DNA of 64,000 nt, taken from positions 608,001 to 672,000 of the forward strand of contig CAWDRG010000009.1 of assembly GCA_963804645.1 (NCBI GenBank). The letters are read 5' to 3'. Position numbers and translations under genes: made by a program. The DNA comes from an uncultured Bacillota bacterium. Its GTDB lineage: Bacteria > Sysuimicrobiota > Sysuimicrobiia > Sysuimicrobiales > Segetimicrobiaceae. The notes beneath the pieces were generated by a model. The model saw only the letters and a list, made by a program, of their open reading frames with translations, had not been told where the DNA came from and did not search any database. Below are positions 27,533 to 37,374 of the stretch, in pieces; the first letter of the stretch is position 1, and every line of letters begins with the position of its first letter.

Positions 27533-28345
27533 TCATGACGGCGGCAGCGCCTTCGACATGTCGACCTTCTCGAATTCCTTGGCGAACTCCACGAGATAGT
27601 CGGTCAGGCGCGCGATCGCCTCCTCGCCCCGCTTGCGCAACCCGTCCAGGTCCGCGGGGCGGATCTCGGGCGAGCTCGCGATGTCGATGTCCCAGGCGTC
27701 GACGGGGACCAGCAGCTGCGCGCCGCCGAACTCGAAGTTGTTGAACCCGAGCGGCTTGATCTTCGCGCCGAGGATCGGCTTGAGCGGGGGGTTCTTGCCC
27801 CACTCGCCCTTATAGCCGCCGCTCCGGATGTCGGCGACCTCCGGGCCGTCGATCGCGACCGCGAGCGCGAGTTCGGAGATGTGGCTGCCCTCGGGAAAGA
27901 GCTCCGGCATCAGCTTGCGCTCGACCGTCCACCACTCGACAATCGAGATCAGCATCCCGAGCTTCCGCACGTTCCGCCCGGTCCGGATCAGCGGGTCGCG
28001 ATTGCCCCCGTGGCCGTTGAGAAAGATGACTTTGCGGACGCCGTTGCGGCGGAGGCTGCGGCAGATGTCCGTGCAGAACGCCTCCATCACGTGCTGCGAG
28101 ATCGCGAGCGACCCGGGATAGTCCCGCATCTTGTCGTTTTCGCCGTACGGCAGCAGCGGGAGGATCATCATGCCGGTGCGCTTGCCTACCTCGTCGGCCA
28201 GCTTGTCGACCGAGATCGCGTCGATCCCGATCGGGGTCGGGCCGTGCGCGTGGAGCGTCCCGACCGCCATCATCACCGTGTCGGACTTCTTGAACGCTTC
28301 CTCGGCTTCGATCCAGGACATCTCTAGGAGTCGAAACTTCTTCAC
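27533..28345 (-). CDS. Creatininase / creatinine amidohydrolase family protein
   Basis: AHGP...D, YPGSL, FLNGHGGN. Confidence 0.8.
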   Translation of the reverse strand: MKKFRLLEMSWIEAEEAFKKSDTVMMAVGTLHAHGPTPIGIDAISVDKLADEVGKRTGMMILPLLPYGENDKMRDYPGSLAISQHVMEAFCTDICRSLRRNGVRKVIFLNGHGGNRDPLIRTGRNVRKLGMLISIVEWWTVERKLMPELFPEGSHISELALAVAIDGPEVADIRSGGYKGEWGKNPPLKPILGAKIKPLGFNNFEFGGAQLLVPVDAWDIDIASSPEIRPADLDGLRKRGEEAIARLTDYLVEFAKEFEKVDMSKALPPS

Positions 28346-28507
28346 GTTGTCCGCCTCCTCATGGATGGGGGTGCCTCGCGGGGCCGTGTGCGCTCCCTTG
28401 CGGCTTTCACCGTCTCGACGCGGGCTTCCTTTGATCAGTGGGGCGCCCGGACGCGACTCGCCGCGCGGCGCGCGGGACGGCCGCTCAGAGGACCGGGTGC
28501 GCTCGGC

Positions 28508-30127
28508 TCAGCCGCTGATCCAGGTCTTTTTGAGGAAGATGCGCCGGCCGGTGAACGACTGCGCGTAGCCCTGGAGCTTCGACGACATCGCCTCGATGCT
28601 GAACTTGGTGTACCACCACCAGTTGGGCGAGTCGTCCAGCAGCATCCGCTGGATCTCGATGTACAGGCTGCGGCGCTCGTCGTGGTTCGAGATCGACCGC
28701 GCCTGGTTCATCAGCGCCTCCAGCGTCGGGTTGTTGTACCCGCCGTCGTTGGCCGTCCCGTGCGCGGCAAAGTAGGGATAGACGTAGCCGTCCGGGCCCG
28801 GCCGGAAAGTGTTGGCCGACGCGAAGATCTCGCCGCCTTCCTTGCCGCCGGTGCGGATCTCCAGGTTGTGCACCTGTCCGTACGCGCCCCACTCCATCTG
28901 CTGGACCTGGGTCGTGACGTTCAGCTTGTTGAGCGTGTCCTGCACCACGAGCGTGCTCGCGACGAACTCCGGGTACTGCGGAGAGCACAGCATTTGAATC
29001 GTGAACCCGCCGTTCGGGTACCCGGCCTCCGCGAGCAGCTTCTTGGCGCCGTCCAGGTCGGGCTTGAGGTACGGCAGCGTCTTGGGATCCACCGGCCAGT
29101 CGCCGTACCCGGTGGGGACCGGGCCAGACGGCACGCCGGCGCCGTAGACGGCTTTCTGGATCACCTCGTTCGTGTCGACCGCCATGCGCAGCGCCCGCCG
29201 CACCCGCGCGTCGTCGAGCGGCTTCCGGCTGACGTTCAGGTAGTGCAGCGCGACCCACGCGTTCGGGGCCTTCAGGACGACGATCCCGGGCGTCGCCTGC
29301 AGCCCGGCGATGCTCTGCGCGCTGAGCGCGGCGTACTGAATCTGGCCGGAGCGCAGCGCGGCGACCCGCGTCGTCTCCTCCGTCAGGATCTTGAACGTCA
29401 TCCCGTCGAGGTACGGCAGCGGCTGGTCCCAGTAGTCCGCGTTGCGGGCGTACGTGATGTGATCTTGGGGGATGTACTCGACGAGCTTGAACGGCCCGGT
29501 CCCGATCGCCTTGATCTTGACGTTTTCGCGCTCGGCGTAGCCCTTCGGCATGATGCCGGACGCCCGCAGGGACGCGAAGACGCCGAGGAGGTCCGGAAAC
29601 GGGGCGTTCAGGTTGAGTTGGAACGTGAGCGGGTCGACCACCTTGGTCTCCTGGACCGCGTCGAGCCACGACCGCCAGCCGGATCCCGTCTTCGGATCCA
29701 GTACGCGATCGATGCTGTACTTCACGTCGTCCGCCGTAAGGGGCTGGCCGTTGTGGAACTTGACGTTCGGACGGAGATGGAACGTGTAGGTCTTGCTGCC
29801 GTTGGTGATGTCCCACTTGACCGCGAGCGCCGGCACGACATTGGTCTTCTCGTCGTACCCCGTGAGGCTGTCGTAGATGTGCTCGAAGCCCTGCAGCGCG
29901 GAGAAGTTCGCGTCCGTGTGGGGATCGAGGCTGACCGGGTCCACCTCCTGCGCCGCGATCAGCGTCCCTCCGCGCTTCGGCGTCCCGGCGGACGCCGCCC
30001 GGACCGCGTCCGGGGTCCACGGCGCGCCGAGGCCGAGCCCGGCGAGGCCTCCGGCCGCGGCGGCGCCGCCGACAAGAAACGCGCGCCGGCTCAGGGTGTC
30101 CGTTTCGCGAGTCCGTGTCCGTGCCAT
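28508..30127 (-). CDS. ABC transporter substrate-binding protein, family 5, Tat-exported
   Basis: SRRAFLV Tat motif; VKFHNGQPLTADDVKYS, IGTGPF. Confidence 0.92.
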   Translation of the reverse strand: MARTRTRETDTLSRRAFLVGGAAAAGGLAGLGLGAPWTPDAVRAASAGTPKRGGTLIAAQEVDPVSLDPHTDANFSALQGFEHIYDSLTGYDEKTNVVPALAVKWDITNGSKTYTFHLRPNVKFHNGQPLTADDVKYSIDRVLDPKTGSGWRSWLDAVQETKVVDPLTFQLNLNAPFPDLLGVFASLRASGIMPKGYAERENVKIKAIGTGPFKLVEYIPQDHITYARNADYWDQPLPYLDGMTFKILTEETTRVAALRSGQIQYAALSAQSIAGLQATPGIVVLKAPNAWVALHYLNVSRKPLDDARVRRALRMAVDTNEVIQKAVYGAGVPSGPVPTGYGDWPVDPKTLPYLKPDLDGAKKLLAEAGYPNGGFTIQMLCSPQYPEFVASTLVVQDTLNKLNVTTQVQQMEWGAYGQVHNLEIRTGGKEGGEIFASANTFRPGPDGYVYPYFAAHGTANDGGYNNPTLEALMNQARSISNHDERRSLYIEIQRMLLDDSPNWWWYTKFSIEAMSSKLQGYAQSFTGRRIFLKKTWISG

Positions 30128-30202
30128 GGGCCCCTCCGAGATTCGAGTTTCCTGGTGGTTCGCCGTGCGGGGGTGCCTCCCTCCGCGCGCCGCCCTCCCG
30201 GC

Positions 30203-31240
30203 TCAGAACGTCCCGCGCTCGAAAAACGCGCCGAGCAGGCGGACGATCGCCTCGAGGTCCTCCTCCCGGACGGTCTCGATCGGGCTGTGGGTGTAGCGGG
30301 TCGGATAACAGATGAGGGCCGCCGGGATCCCGTTCTTGAGCAGGGCGGCGGAGTCGGACGCGAACGACTGAAACGACACGTGCTGGATCGGGATGTGCTC
30401 CGCCTCGGCGGCGTGTGCGAGCGCGTACGTCAGGCCCTTGTGATACCGGATCCCCGAGTCCTTGTGCACGAGGACGGGGCCCGCGCCCAGCCGGCAGGGG
30501 ACTTCGTCCGGCGAGATGCCTGGCACGTCCCCGGCCGGGCCGACGTCGAGCGAGATCCCCAGGTCGTAGTCCCGCCCCAGGGCGTCGGCGCCGATCAGCC
30601 CCCCTTCCTCCTGGATCGTGCTCGCGATCCACAGGTCGTAGGTGAGGCGCGTCCGATCCGCGCGGCGGGCGACCTCGAGGGCGATCGCCAAGGCGGCGCG
30701 GTCGTCCATGGCCTTGCCGACGATGTTGGCGCCCAGGCGGGAGGTCGGCGGCGGGTTCCAGATCACGGCCGCGCCGGGATGCACGCCCACGTGCTCGACC
30801 TCGGCGCGCGATCGGAGGCCCAGATCCACGAACACGTCCGGCCACCCGAGCGCGCCCTCACGCTGTCCCGCTGCCCGCAGGTGCCCGGTGCGCGCGCCGA
30901 CGACCCCGGGCACCGACCCGTGCTCGGTCATGACGAGGCAGTGCTCGCCCGCCAGCAGCGGGGACGGCGGGGCCTGGCTGCTGATCAGGCCGCCGCCCGT
31001 CATCAGGCGGAGGAACCCATCGTCGGTGATGCTGCGCACGATCACCGCGATCTCGTCCGCGTGCGCGACGAGCACGGCCTTCTTCCCGCGGCCGCCGACA
31101 TGCCCGAGGATGTTCCCCACCGGGGTGGCGGAGACGTCGCATCCCGCGGCGCGGAGCGTGTCCGCCACCAACGTCTGGACTTGGTCCTCGTACCCGCCCG
31201 GTCCCGGCATGTCGCACAGCGTCTTCACGAGCTCAAACAC
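30203..31240 (-). CDS. M42 family aminopeptidase (TET/FrvX-like)
   Basis: AHADEI, GKAMDDRA, TIQEEGG, SLDVG, RYTHSPIE. Confidence 0.9.
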   Translation of the reverse strand: MFELVKTLCDMPGPGGYEDQVQTLVADTLRAAGCDVSATPVGNILGHVGGRGKKAVLVAHADEIAVIVRSITDDGFLRLMTGGGLISSQAPPSPLLAGEHCLVMTEHGSVPGVVGARTGHLRAAGQREGALGWPDVFVDLGLRSRAEVEHVGVHPGAAVIWNPPPTSRLGANIVGKAMDDRAALAIALEVARRADRTRLTYDLWIASTIQEEGGLIGADALGRDYDLGISLDVGPAGDVPGISPDEVPCRLGAGPVLVHKDSGIRYHKGLTYALAHAAEAEHIPIQHVSFQSFASDSAALLKNGIPAALICYPTRYTHSPIETVREEDLEAIVRLLGAFFERGTF

Positions 31241-31299
31241 GGCGTGTCCCCCTTGTGGTGTGATCTTCGTGCCTCCGCTCGACGGTCCGTCCCCGCGGG

Positions 31300-32364
31300 T
31301 CAGGCGGGCGCGCCGTCCGCGACGGCCGCCAGCACGCGCAGAAAGTTCTCGCGGTAGACTTTGCGCAGGGCCTCCTCGGAATATCCCCGTGCTCGGAGCT
31401 CGGCGGTGAGCCCGGGCAGATCCACGGGGCTCTGCATCCCGAGAAATTCTGAGCGGACGTATCCCTGCCGCGGGCCCGCGTCCGATTCCGCGATGCCCGG
31501 CGCCGCGCCGAGCTCCCAGCCGTAGTGGAAGAAATCGGTGCCGATGCCGACGTGGTCGATCCCGGCGATCTCGACCACGTGCTCCAGGTGGTCCGCCCAC
31601 CGGCCGATGGTGGGGTCGCCGCTCGCCACAAAGTTTGGGACGGCCACCATGCCGACCAGCCCGCCGGCCGCGGCGATCGCCCGGATCATCTCGTCCGTGA
31701 CGTTCCGCAGATTGTCTTGGAGCGCCCGCGCGTTCGAGTGGCTGGCGATCACGGGTTTGACGGAGGTCTCGAGGATGTCCCGGGTCGTCCGGTCGGACCC
31801 GTGCGACACGTCGACGATGATGCCGAGACGGTTCATCTCCTTGATGGCGGCGCGGCCGGCACGGCTCAGCCCCCCGTGCGTCTCGTTCTCCCAGTTCCCG
31901 TCGGCGAAGAGCGTCCGGCGCGCGTGCGTCAGCGACACCATCCGCAGCCCGAGCCGGTGCACCAGCCGCAGCGCGGCGAGATCCTGTCCGAGCGGCTCGG
32001 CGCCCTCCAGCGCGACGAGCACCGCGATCTTGCCGGCGCCGTTGATCCGGCGGAGCTCCGCGGCCGAGCCGGCGATCTCGATCGCGTCCCGGTTCTCCTC
32101 GATCTCCGTCAGGAGGCCGTCAAGGACCCACAGTGCGTGCCGCAGCGCCCCTTCCGGGACGTACACGCTGGGCGTGAAGATCGCGCCGACCACGGCGCTC
32201 ACGCCGCCGGCGCGAAACTGCGGCAGCCAATACGTCCGCAGCGAATCGTAGACGCCGTCGAATCGCTGCTTGGCCATGATGATGGGGAAGTCGTCGTGGC
32301 CGTTGATGATGCCGATCCGGCGCGTGAGTTCCGCGTCGGCGTCGGTGAAGTGGCGATCGGTCAT
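31300..32364 (-). CDS. Membrane dipeptidase (peptidase M19)
   Basis: NGHDD, LEGAE, DVSH, IASHSNAR, HVGIGTDF. Confidence 0.9.
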   Translation of the reverse strand: MTDRHFTDADAELTRRIGIINGHDDFPIIMAKQRFDGVYDSLRTYWLPQFRAGGVSAVVGAIFTPSVYVPEGALRHALWVLDGLLTEIEENRDAIEIAGSAAELRRINGAGKIAVLVALEGAEPLGQDLAALRLVHRLGLRMVSLTHARRTLFADGNWENETHGGLSRAGRAAIKEMNRLGIIVDVSHGSDRTTRDILETSVKPVIASHSNARALQDNLRNVTDEMIRAIAAAGGLVGMVAVPNFVASGDPTIGRWADHLEHVVEIAGIDHVGIGTDFFHYGWELGAAPGIAESDAGPRQGYVRSEFLGMQSPVDLPGLTAELRARGYSEEALRKVYRENFLRVLAAVADGAPA

Positions 32365-32459
32365 GCGCGCTCCTCTGCGTGGTTCCGCCGGTGCCGGGGA
32401 AGGACGGGGCACCCCTGCCCCTTTCGAACCCGCCGGGCTAGGTCCTTCAGGCGTTCGCG

Positions 32460-32519
32460 TCCGAGGAGAAGCCGGACGTGACGGCCAAATTCCACGGCAG
32501 CCGGTCGGCGCGACCCGGA
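32460..32519 (+). ncRNA. Candidate compact yybP-ykoY (Mn2+) riboswitch-like leader
   Basis: TCCG-AGGAGAA-GCCG...CAAATTC...CGGC-GCGACC-CGGA resembles GGGGAGUAGC...CAAUUC...GCRAGACC; lies 5' of a putative cation transporter. Confidence 0.4.
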
Positions 32520-32545
32520 ATCGGTCCGGGCGGGGAGGGACGTTC

Positions 32546-33298
32546 TTGCACAGCGTGCTGCTCGTGATTTCCACGTTCCTGGCATCCGGGGTCGAGTTTG
32601 TGGAGGCGCTGACGATCGTGCTTGCCGCCGGGGTGAGCCGGGGCTGGCGGTCGGCCCTGGTCGGCGTCGGTGCGGCGACCCTGTCGCTCGCGGCGCTCGT
32701 GGCGGTGTTCGGCCCCGCGCTGACGCTGATCCCGATCGGCGTGCTGCGGTTCGTGGTCGGCGCGCTGCTGCTCGTGTTCGGGCTGCAGTGGCTGCGGAAG
32801 GCGATCCTCCGGGCGAGCGGCTACAAGGCGCTGCACGACGAGGAGGCCGCGTTCGGCCGGGAGCTGTCGGCGGCCCGGGCCGCGGCGCCGGTGACGCGCG
32901 CCGGGCTCGATTGGTACGCGTTCACGCTCTCGTTCAAGGGCGTGCTGCTCGAGGGCCTCGAGGTTGTGTTCATCGTCGTCACCTTCGGGAGCGCCGAAGG
33001 CGCGCTGCCGCTCGCCATTGCGGGTGCGGCCGCCGCGCTCGTACTGGTCGGCGGCGTCGGGCTCCTCGTGCACCGTCCGCTGAGCGCCGTCCCGGAGAAC
33101 TCGATGAAATTCGCGGTCGGGCTCCTGCTCTCGACGTTCGGGACGTTCTGGTCGGCCGAGGGCGCGGGTGCCGACTGGCCCGGCGGCGACGCCGCGATCC
33201 TGGCCATCGTGGTGTTCTACGGCGCGGTCTCGTTCGGCCTCGTGACGCTGCTGCGGCAGCGGCGCGTTTCGGCGGCCGCCGTCGGCGGGGGAGACTGA
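32546..33298 (+). CDS. COG4280-type membrane protein (putative divalent cation transporter)
   Basis: Duplicated acidic TM motifs VEFVEALTIV and LLEGLEVVFIV; VPENSMKFAVG; GGGAGG RBS with TTG start. Confidence 0.75.
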   Translation: MHSVLLVISTFLASGVEFVEALTIVLAAGVSRGWRSALVGVGAATLSLAALVAVFGPALTLIPIGVLRFVVGALLLVFGLQWLRKAILRASGYKALHDEEAAFGRELSAARAAAPVTRAGLDWYAFTLSFKGVLLEGLEVVFIVVTFGSAEGALPLAIAGAAAALVLVGGVGLLVHRPLSAVPENSMKFAVGLLLSTFGTFWSAEGAGADWPGGDAAILAIVVFYGAVSFGLVTLLRQRRVSAAAVGGGD

Positions 33299-33299
33299 G

Positions 33300-33503
33300 G
33301 TGGGCGCCGTCGCGGGGTTCTTCCGGTTCTGGTACGATTTCATCGTCGGTGACGATTGGACCGTGGCCGCCGGGGTGATCGCGGCGCTCGTCGTCATCGC
33401 ATGGCTGGCGCGCGCGCGCGTGCCGTCGTGGTGGCTGCTCCCGCTCGCGGTCGTGCTGCTTCTGTTCGCGTCGCTGCGCCGGGCCACTCGGGAGACCGGG
33501 TAG
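33300..33503 (+). CDS. Small membrane protein, probable partner of the COG4280 protein
   Basis: FFRFWYDFIVGDDW plus two hydrophobic segments; 1 nt after the upstream stop. Confidence 0.7.
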   Translation: MGAVAGFFRFWYDFIVGDDWTVAAGVIAALVVIAWLARARVPSWWLLPLAVVLLLFASLRRATRETG

Positions 33504-33620
33504 CGCGTTCAGTCGGGCACGCCGTCTCGCGGGGACTGAGGTGCGGCGGGCGGCCGCGACGGGTCCGCCGACGCCGCGTTCCCGCCGGTCCGGTCCAGGA
33601 GCAGCGCCAAGAGGGTCCCA

Positions 33621-33682
33621 CTGGGTACAACCTGTGGATATCTGTGAGTCTTAACAGTTTCTTTTGTATTCATTCATTGTAG
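33621..33682. promoter_or_regulatory. AT-rich island with DnaA-box-like motif
   Basis: TGTGGATAT (33633-41, 8/9 match to TGTGGATAA) flanked by degenerate copies, then TTAACAGTTTCTTTTGTATTCATTCATT. Confidence 0.3.
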
Positions 33683-34038
33683 GTCGGACCCACTGCCCCG
33701 TGTCGCCCCGTTGGCGGCGCAAAGCGCCGCGGCCACCCATCGAAGGCGCCGATGTCCGTTCTTCCTCGGCGAGACGCTCATCCAGGCGTGCCGGGTCGCG
33801 ACCAGCGGCGGGCTCGGCTGCGGCCGTGCCTTGGGCAGCGGGCCGTGACGAACTGTGAGCGCAGGGCGTCCACACAGGGCCCGCGATCAGCGCGGCGCTT
33901 GACGACGTCGCGACGGGCGGTCGATACTGAGCGAAGGTCGTTCCTGACACTCCGTCGCCGGGGACGCGGCCCGACAGGCTCGGGACGGTTGATCACGGAT
34001 CCGGTCCCACGTGACGGATCTGGAGGCGAGCCGAGGTC

Positions 34039-35307
34039 ATGTGGTCTGCCGATTCCACGCGCGGCCGTGCCGCGCGGTCCATCCTGATCAACGGCCGCAT
34101 CCTGCGGTGGCCTGCGCAGCCCGTGGTCGTCGTCTGCGTCGACGGGTGCGATCCCGCGTATCTCGCCGCCGCACGTGAGGCCGGGGTCGTCCCGACGCTC
34201 GAGCGGATGATGGGCGACGGGTTCGCGGACACCGCGCTCGCGGCGATGCCCACCTTTACGAACCCCAACAACGTGTCGATCGTCTGCGGCGCGCCGCCGT
34301 CGGTGCACGGCGTCTCGGGGAACTACTACCTGGAACGCGAGACCGGGCGGGAGATCATGATGCTCGACGCGAGCCTGCTTCGGGCGCCGACGATCCTGGC
34401 GCGGTTCTCCGAAGCCGGGGCCGCGGTGGTGGCCGTCACCGCGAAGGACAAGCTCAGGCAGGCGCTGGGGCACGGCGTGCGCGGGATCGTCTTCTCCGCC
34501 GAGCGCGCCGACGTGTGCACGGAAGCCGAGCACGGCATCACCGGCGTCGTGGAGCTGGTCGGCCGCAAGGCGCCGGATCCTTACTCCGCGGATCTCTCCT
34601 TGTTCGTACTGGACGCGGGGCTCCGGCTCCTCGAGACGCGGCGGCCGGATCTCATGTACCTCTCGCTGTCAGACTACGTGCAGCACAAGTCGGCCCCCGG
34701 ATCTCCCGAGGCGAACGCGTTCATGCATGCGGTGGACGGCCGGCTGGGCCGCCTCGCCGCGCTGGGGGCGCGCCTCGGCGTGATCGCCGACCACGGCATG
34801 TCCGACATGGCGCTGGCGGACGGGCGGCCGAACGTGCTGTATCTCGGCGACCGGCTGGACGACGCGTTCGGGCACGGGGCCGCGCGCGTGATCTGCCCGA
34901 TCACCGATCCGTTCGTCAGGCACCACGGGGCGCTCGGCGGGTTCGTGCGCGTGTACGTGATGCGCCCCGGGCTCGAGTTAGATGAGGTGCTGCGGTACAT
35001 CCGCGCGCTGCCTGGCGTTGCGCTGGCCCTGGCGCGGGAGGCAGCGTGCGCGGAGTTCGATCTGCCGGTGGATCGCGAAGCCGACATCGTGGTGGTGGGC
35101 GAGCGGGGACGCGCGCTCGGCTCGCGCGCGGCGGAGCACGATCTGTCGGGGCTCGTCGGAGAGCGTCTCCGCTCGCACGGGGGCCTCGCCGAGCAGCCGG
35201 TGCCCTTCATCCTCTCGCGGCCGCTGACCCGCGCCGGCGCGGCGCGGGCGGCGCGGAGCCTCCGCAACTACGAGATCTTCGAGTACGCCCTCAACGAGTG
35301 TGAGTGA
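34039..35307 (+). CDS. phnA: Phosphonoacetate hydrolase
   Basis: VVVCVDGCDPAY, MPTFTNPNNVSI, VTAKDKLR, DYVQHK, ADHGM, PITDPFVRHHGALG, LRSHGG. Confidence 0.9.
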   Translation: MWSADSTRGRAARSILINGRILRWPAQPVVVVCVDGCDPAYLAAAREAGVVPTLERMMGDGFADTALAAMPTFTNPNNVSIVCGAPPSVHGVSGNYYLERETGREIMMLDASLLRAPTILARFSEAGAAVVAVTAKDKLRQALGHGVRGIVFSAERADVCTEAEHGITGVVELVGRKAPDPYSADLSLFVLDAGLRLLETRRPDLMYLSLSDYVQHKSAPGSPEANAFMHAVDGRLGRLAALGARLGVIADHGMSDMALADGRPNVLYLGDRLDDAFGHGAARVICPITDPFVRHHGALGGFVRVYVMRPGLELDEVLRYIRALPGVALALAREAACAEFDLPVDREADIVVVGERGRALGSRAAEHDLSGLVGERLRSHGGLAEQPVPFILSRPLTRAGAARAARSLRNYEIFEYALNECE

Positions 35308-36547
35308 CTGTGCTGGCGGGCTCGTACGCGAGCCCGTCCTTCATCACGACCTTGAGCCGAGCGGGATCGGCGACAATTGAGATGTCGGCCAGCGGGTCGC
35401 CGTCGAGGAGGAGCAGGTCGGCCCGGCGTCCGACTTCCAGCGTGCCGATCTGATCGTCCATCGCGAGCAGGCGCGCGGCGTCCCGGGTGGACGCGACGAT
35501 CGACTGCATCGGGGTCATGCCCGCCTCGACCATGTAGACGAGTTCGCGCGCGTTCTGTCCGTGGCCGAGCGCGCCGGCGTCCGTGCCCATCGCGATCGGC
35601 ACGCCCAGCTCGAGCGCCCGGCGAAATCCCACGCGCTTCTTCTCCAACATCGTGGGCACGCGCGCGGCGGTGTACGCCGGGACCGAGGTCGGATCCCGGC
35701 GGATCCGCTCCACCATGCGTTGCGTCACGCTGAGCGTCGGCACCATCCAGATGCGCCGGCGGGCCATCTCCTCGAGCTGGAGGTCGCTCGCGAGGCTGCC
35801 GTGCTCGATCGTGTCCACGCCGGCCGCGAGGCACATGTCGAGGCTCTCGCCGCCGTGCGCGTGCGCCATCACCCGGACGCCCTTGGCGTGCGCCTCGTCG
35901 ACGATCGTCCGGACCTCGTCGAGGCAGAACTGCCGCGTCGTGTACCCGCCCCGGGGGGAGCCCCCGCCGCCGTTCGTCGCGATCTTGATCCAGTCGGCGC
36001 CGAGCCGGAGGACTTCGCGGACCTTGCGGCGCGCGCCGTCGACGCCATCCGCGGTCGCGTCCGGAATCCCCGGCAGGCGCGGGAAGTCCGTCGACAAACC
36101 GGCCGGCTGCGTGAGGTCGCCGTGGCCGCCCGTCTGGGAGATGATCACGAGGCTGATCAGGAGGCGCGGCCCGGCCACGATCCCCTGCTCGACCGCCATC
36201 TTGACGCCGAGGTCGACCCCCGCCGCGTCCCTGAGCGTCGTGACGCCGGCGCGCAGCGTGTCCTCCATCCAGCGGCCGACCTGCAGCACCGCGAGCGACG
36301 GCGCCAGCTGGAACCGCCGCTTGAGGTCGAGGCCGAAGTGCGCGACGTGATCGTGGCAGTCGATGAGGCCCGGCATCGCCGTGAGGCCGCGGCCGCCGTA
36401 GACGGCGGCGCCGGGAGGCGCGGCGTCCCCGGTCGCGGCCGGGTGCAGGTCGACGATGCGGCCGTCCTCGATCACGATCGCGGTTTCGCCGCGCGGGGGC
36501 GCGCCGGTGCCGTCGATCAGCCGGCCGGCCGTGACGACGGTCCGCAT
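35291..36547 (-). CDS. Metal-dependent amidohydrolase (prolidase-like)
   Basis: MPGLIDCHDH, QTGGHGD, GADWIK, MAHAHG, IEHG, MGTDAG. Confidence 0.9.
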   Translation of the reverse strand: MRTVVTAGRLIDGTGAPPRGETAIVIEDGRIVDLHPAATGDAAPPGAAVYGGRGLTAMPGLIDCHDHVAHFGLDLKRRFQLAPSLAVLQVGRWMEDTLRAGVTTLRDAAGVDLGVKMAVEQGIVAGPRLLISLVIISQTGGHGDLTQPAGLSTDFPRLPGIPDATADGVDGARRKVREVLRLGADWIKIATNGGGGSPRGGYTTRQFCLDEVRTIVDEAHAKGVRVMAHAHGGESLDMCLAAGVDTIEHGSLASDLQLEEMARRRIWMVPTLSVTQRMVERIRRDPTSVPAYTAARVPTMLEKKRVGFRRALELGVPIAMGTDAGALGHGQNARELVYMVEAGMTPMQSIVASTRDAARLLAMDDQIGTLEVGRRADLLLLDGDPLADISIVADPARLKVVMKDGLAYEPASTVTHTR

Positions 36548-36554
36548 CGCGCGG

Positions 36555-37373
36555 CTATCCCCGGGCCGGCGACCGGCGGGCCTGCTGCTCCTGGCTCAGG
36601 CGCAGGAACGCCGGCACGAACTCCCGCGCGTACGCGACCATGCCGTCGAGGATCTTGCGGCCACGTTCCTCCGTGGCGACGGTCCAGTCGCCGCTCGCGC
36701 CGCTCGGCAGCACGTCCGAGGCCTCGTTGAACAGGCCGATCGTAAACCCCTTGAACGCGCCGGCGCGGAACGACGTGGCCGAGATCGGCCCCGCGGTCTT
36801 GACGTACCCGCGCGTCTCCGCATGGCCGTCCCGCGTGACGGCCTCCGGGTGGAGGCCCATCATCACCGAGATCGTCGGCTCGCCTCCGTGCCCGAACACC
36901 TTCGCGGCGTCGGGGATCACGTCGCGGCCCACGTGCTCCGCGAGCCGCCACGGGTACAGGATGCCGAGGACGATGCCGTGCTGCCGCCGCACCTCGACCG
37001 CGACCGGCTCGATCGCGGCCTCGTTCGGGCCGTGGTTGTTGACGATCAGGATGTGCCGGAACCCGTGCCCGATGTACCCGAACACGACGTCCCGCACGAG
37101 CGCCTGCAGCGTCTCGAGCCGCAGCGTGATCGTCCCCGGGAACGCGGTGTACGGCGTGTATCCGAACCAGAGCGGCGGCGCGACGTACACGTGCTCGAGG
37201 CCTTCCGCGGTCCGGTGGCACACGTACTCGGCGAGGATCGTGTCGGCGCCGACGTAGCCGGCCGGGCCGTGCTGCTCGACGCACCCGATCGGCAGCATCA
37301 GCACGGAGCGGTCCTTCGGGATCGCGCCGATCTCCTTGTAGCTCATGAGCGCGAGGCTCGACTTGCGCGCCAT
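36555..37373 (-). CDS. Creatininase family protein
   Basis: PIGCVEQHGP...ADT, FPGTITL, NNHGPN, GHGGE, ATEERG. Confidence 0.85.
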   Translation of the reverse strand: MARKSSLALMSYKEIGAIPKDRSVLMLPIGCVEQHGPAGYVGADTILAEYVCHRTAEGLEHVYVAPPLWFGYTPYTAFPGTITLRLETLQALVRDVVFGYIGHGFRHILIVNNHGPNEAAIEPVAVEVRRQHGIVLGILYPWRLAEHVGRDVIPDAAKVFGHGGEPTISVMMGLHPEAVTRDGHAETRGYVKTAGPISATSFRAGAFKGFTIGLFNEASDVLPSGASGDWTVATEERGRKILDGMVAYAREFVPAFLRLSQEQQARRSPARG

Positions 37374-37374
37374 C

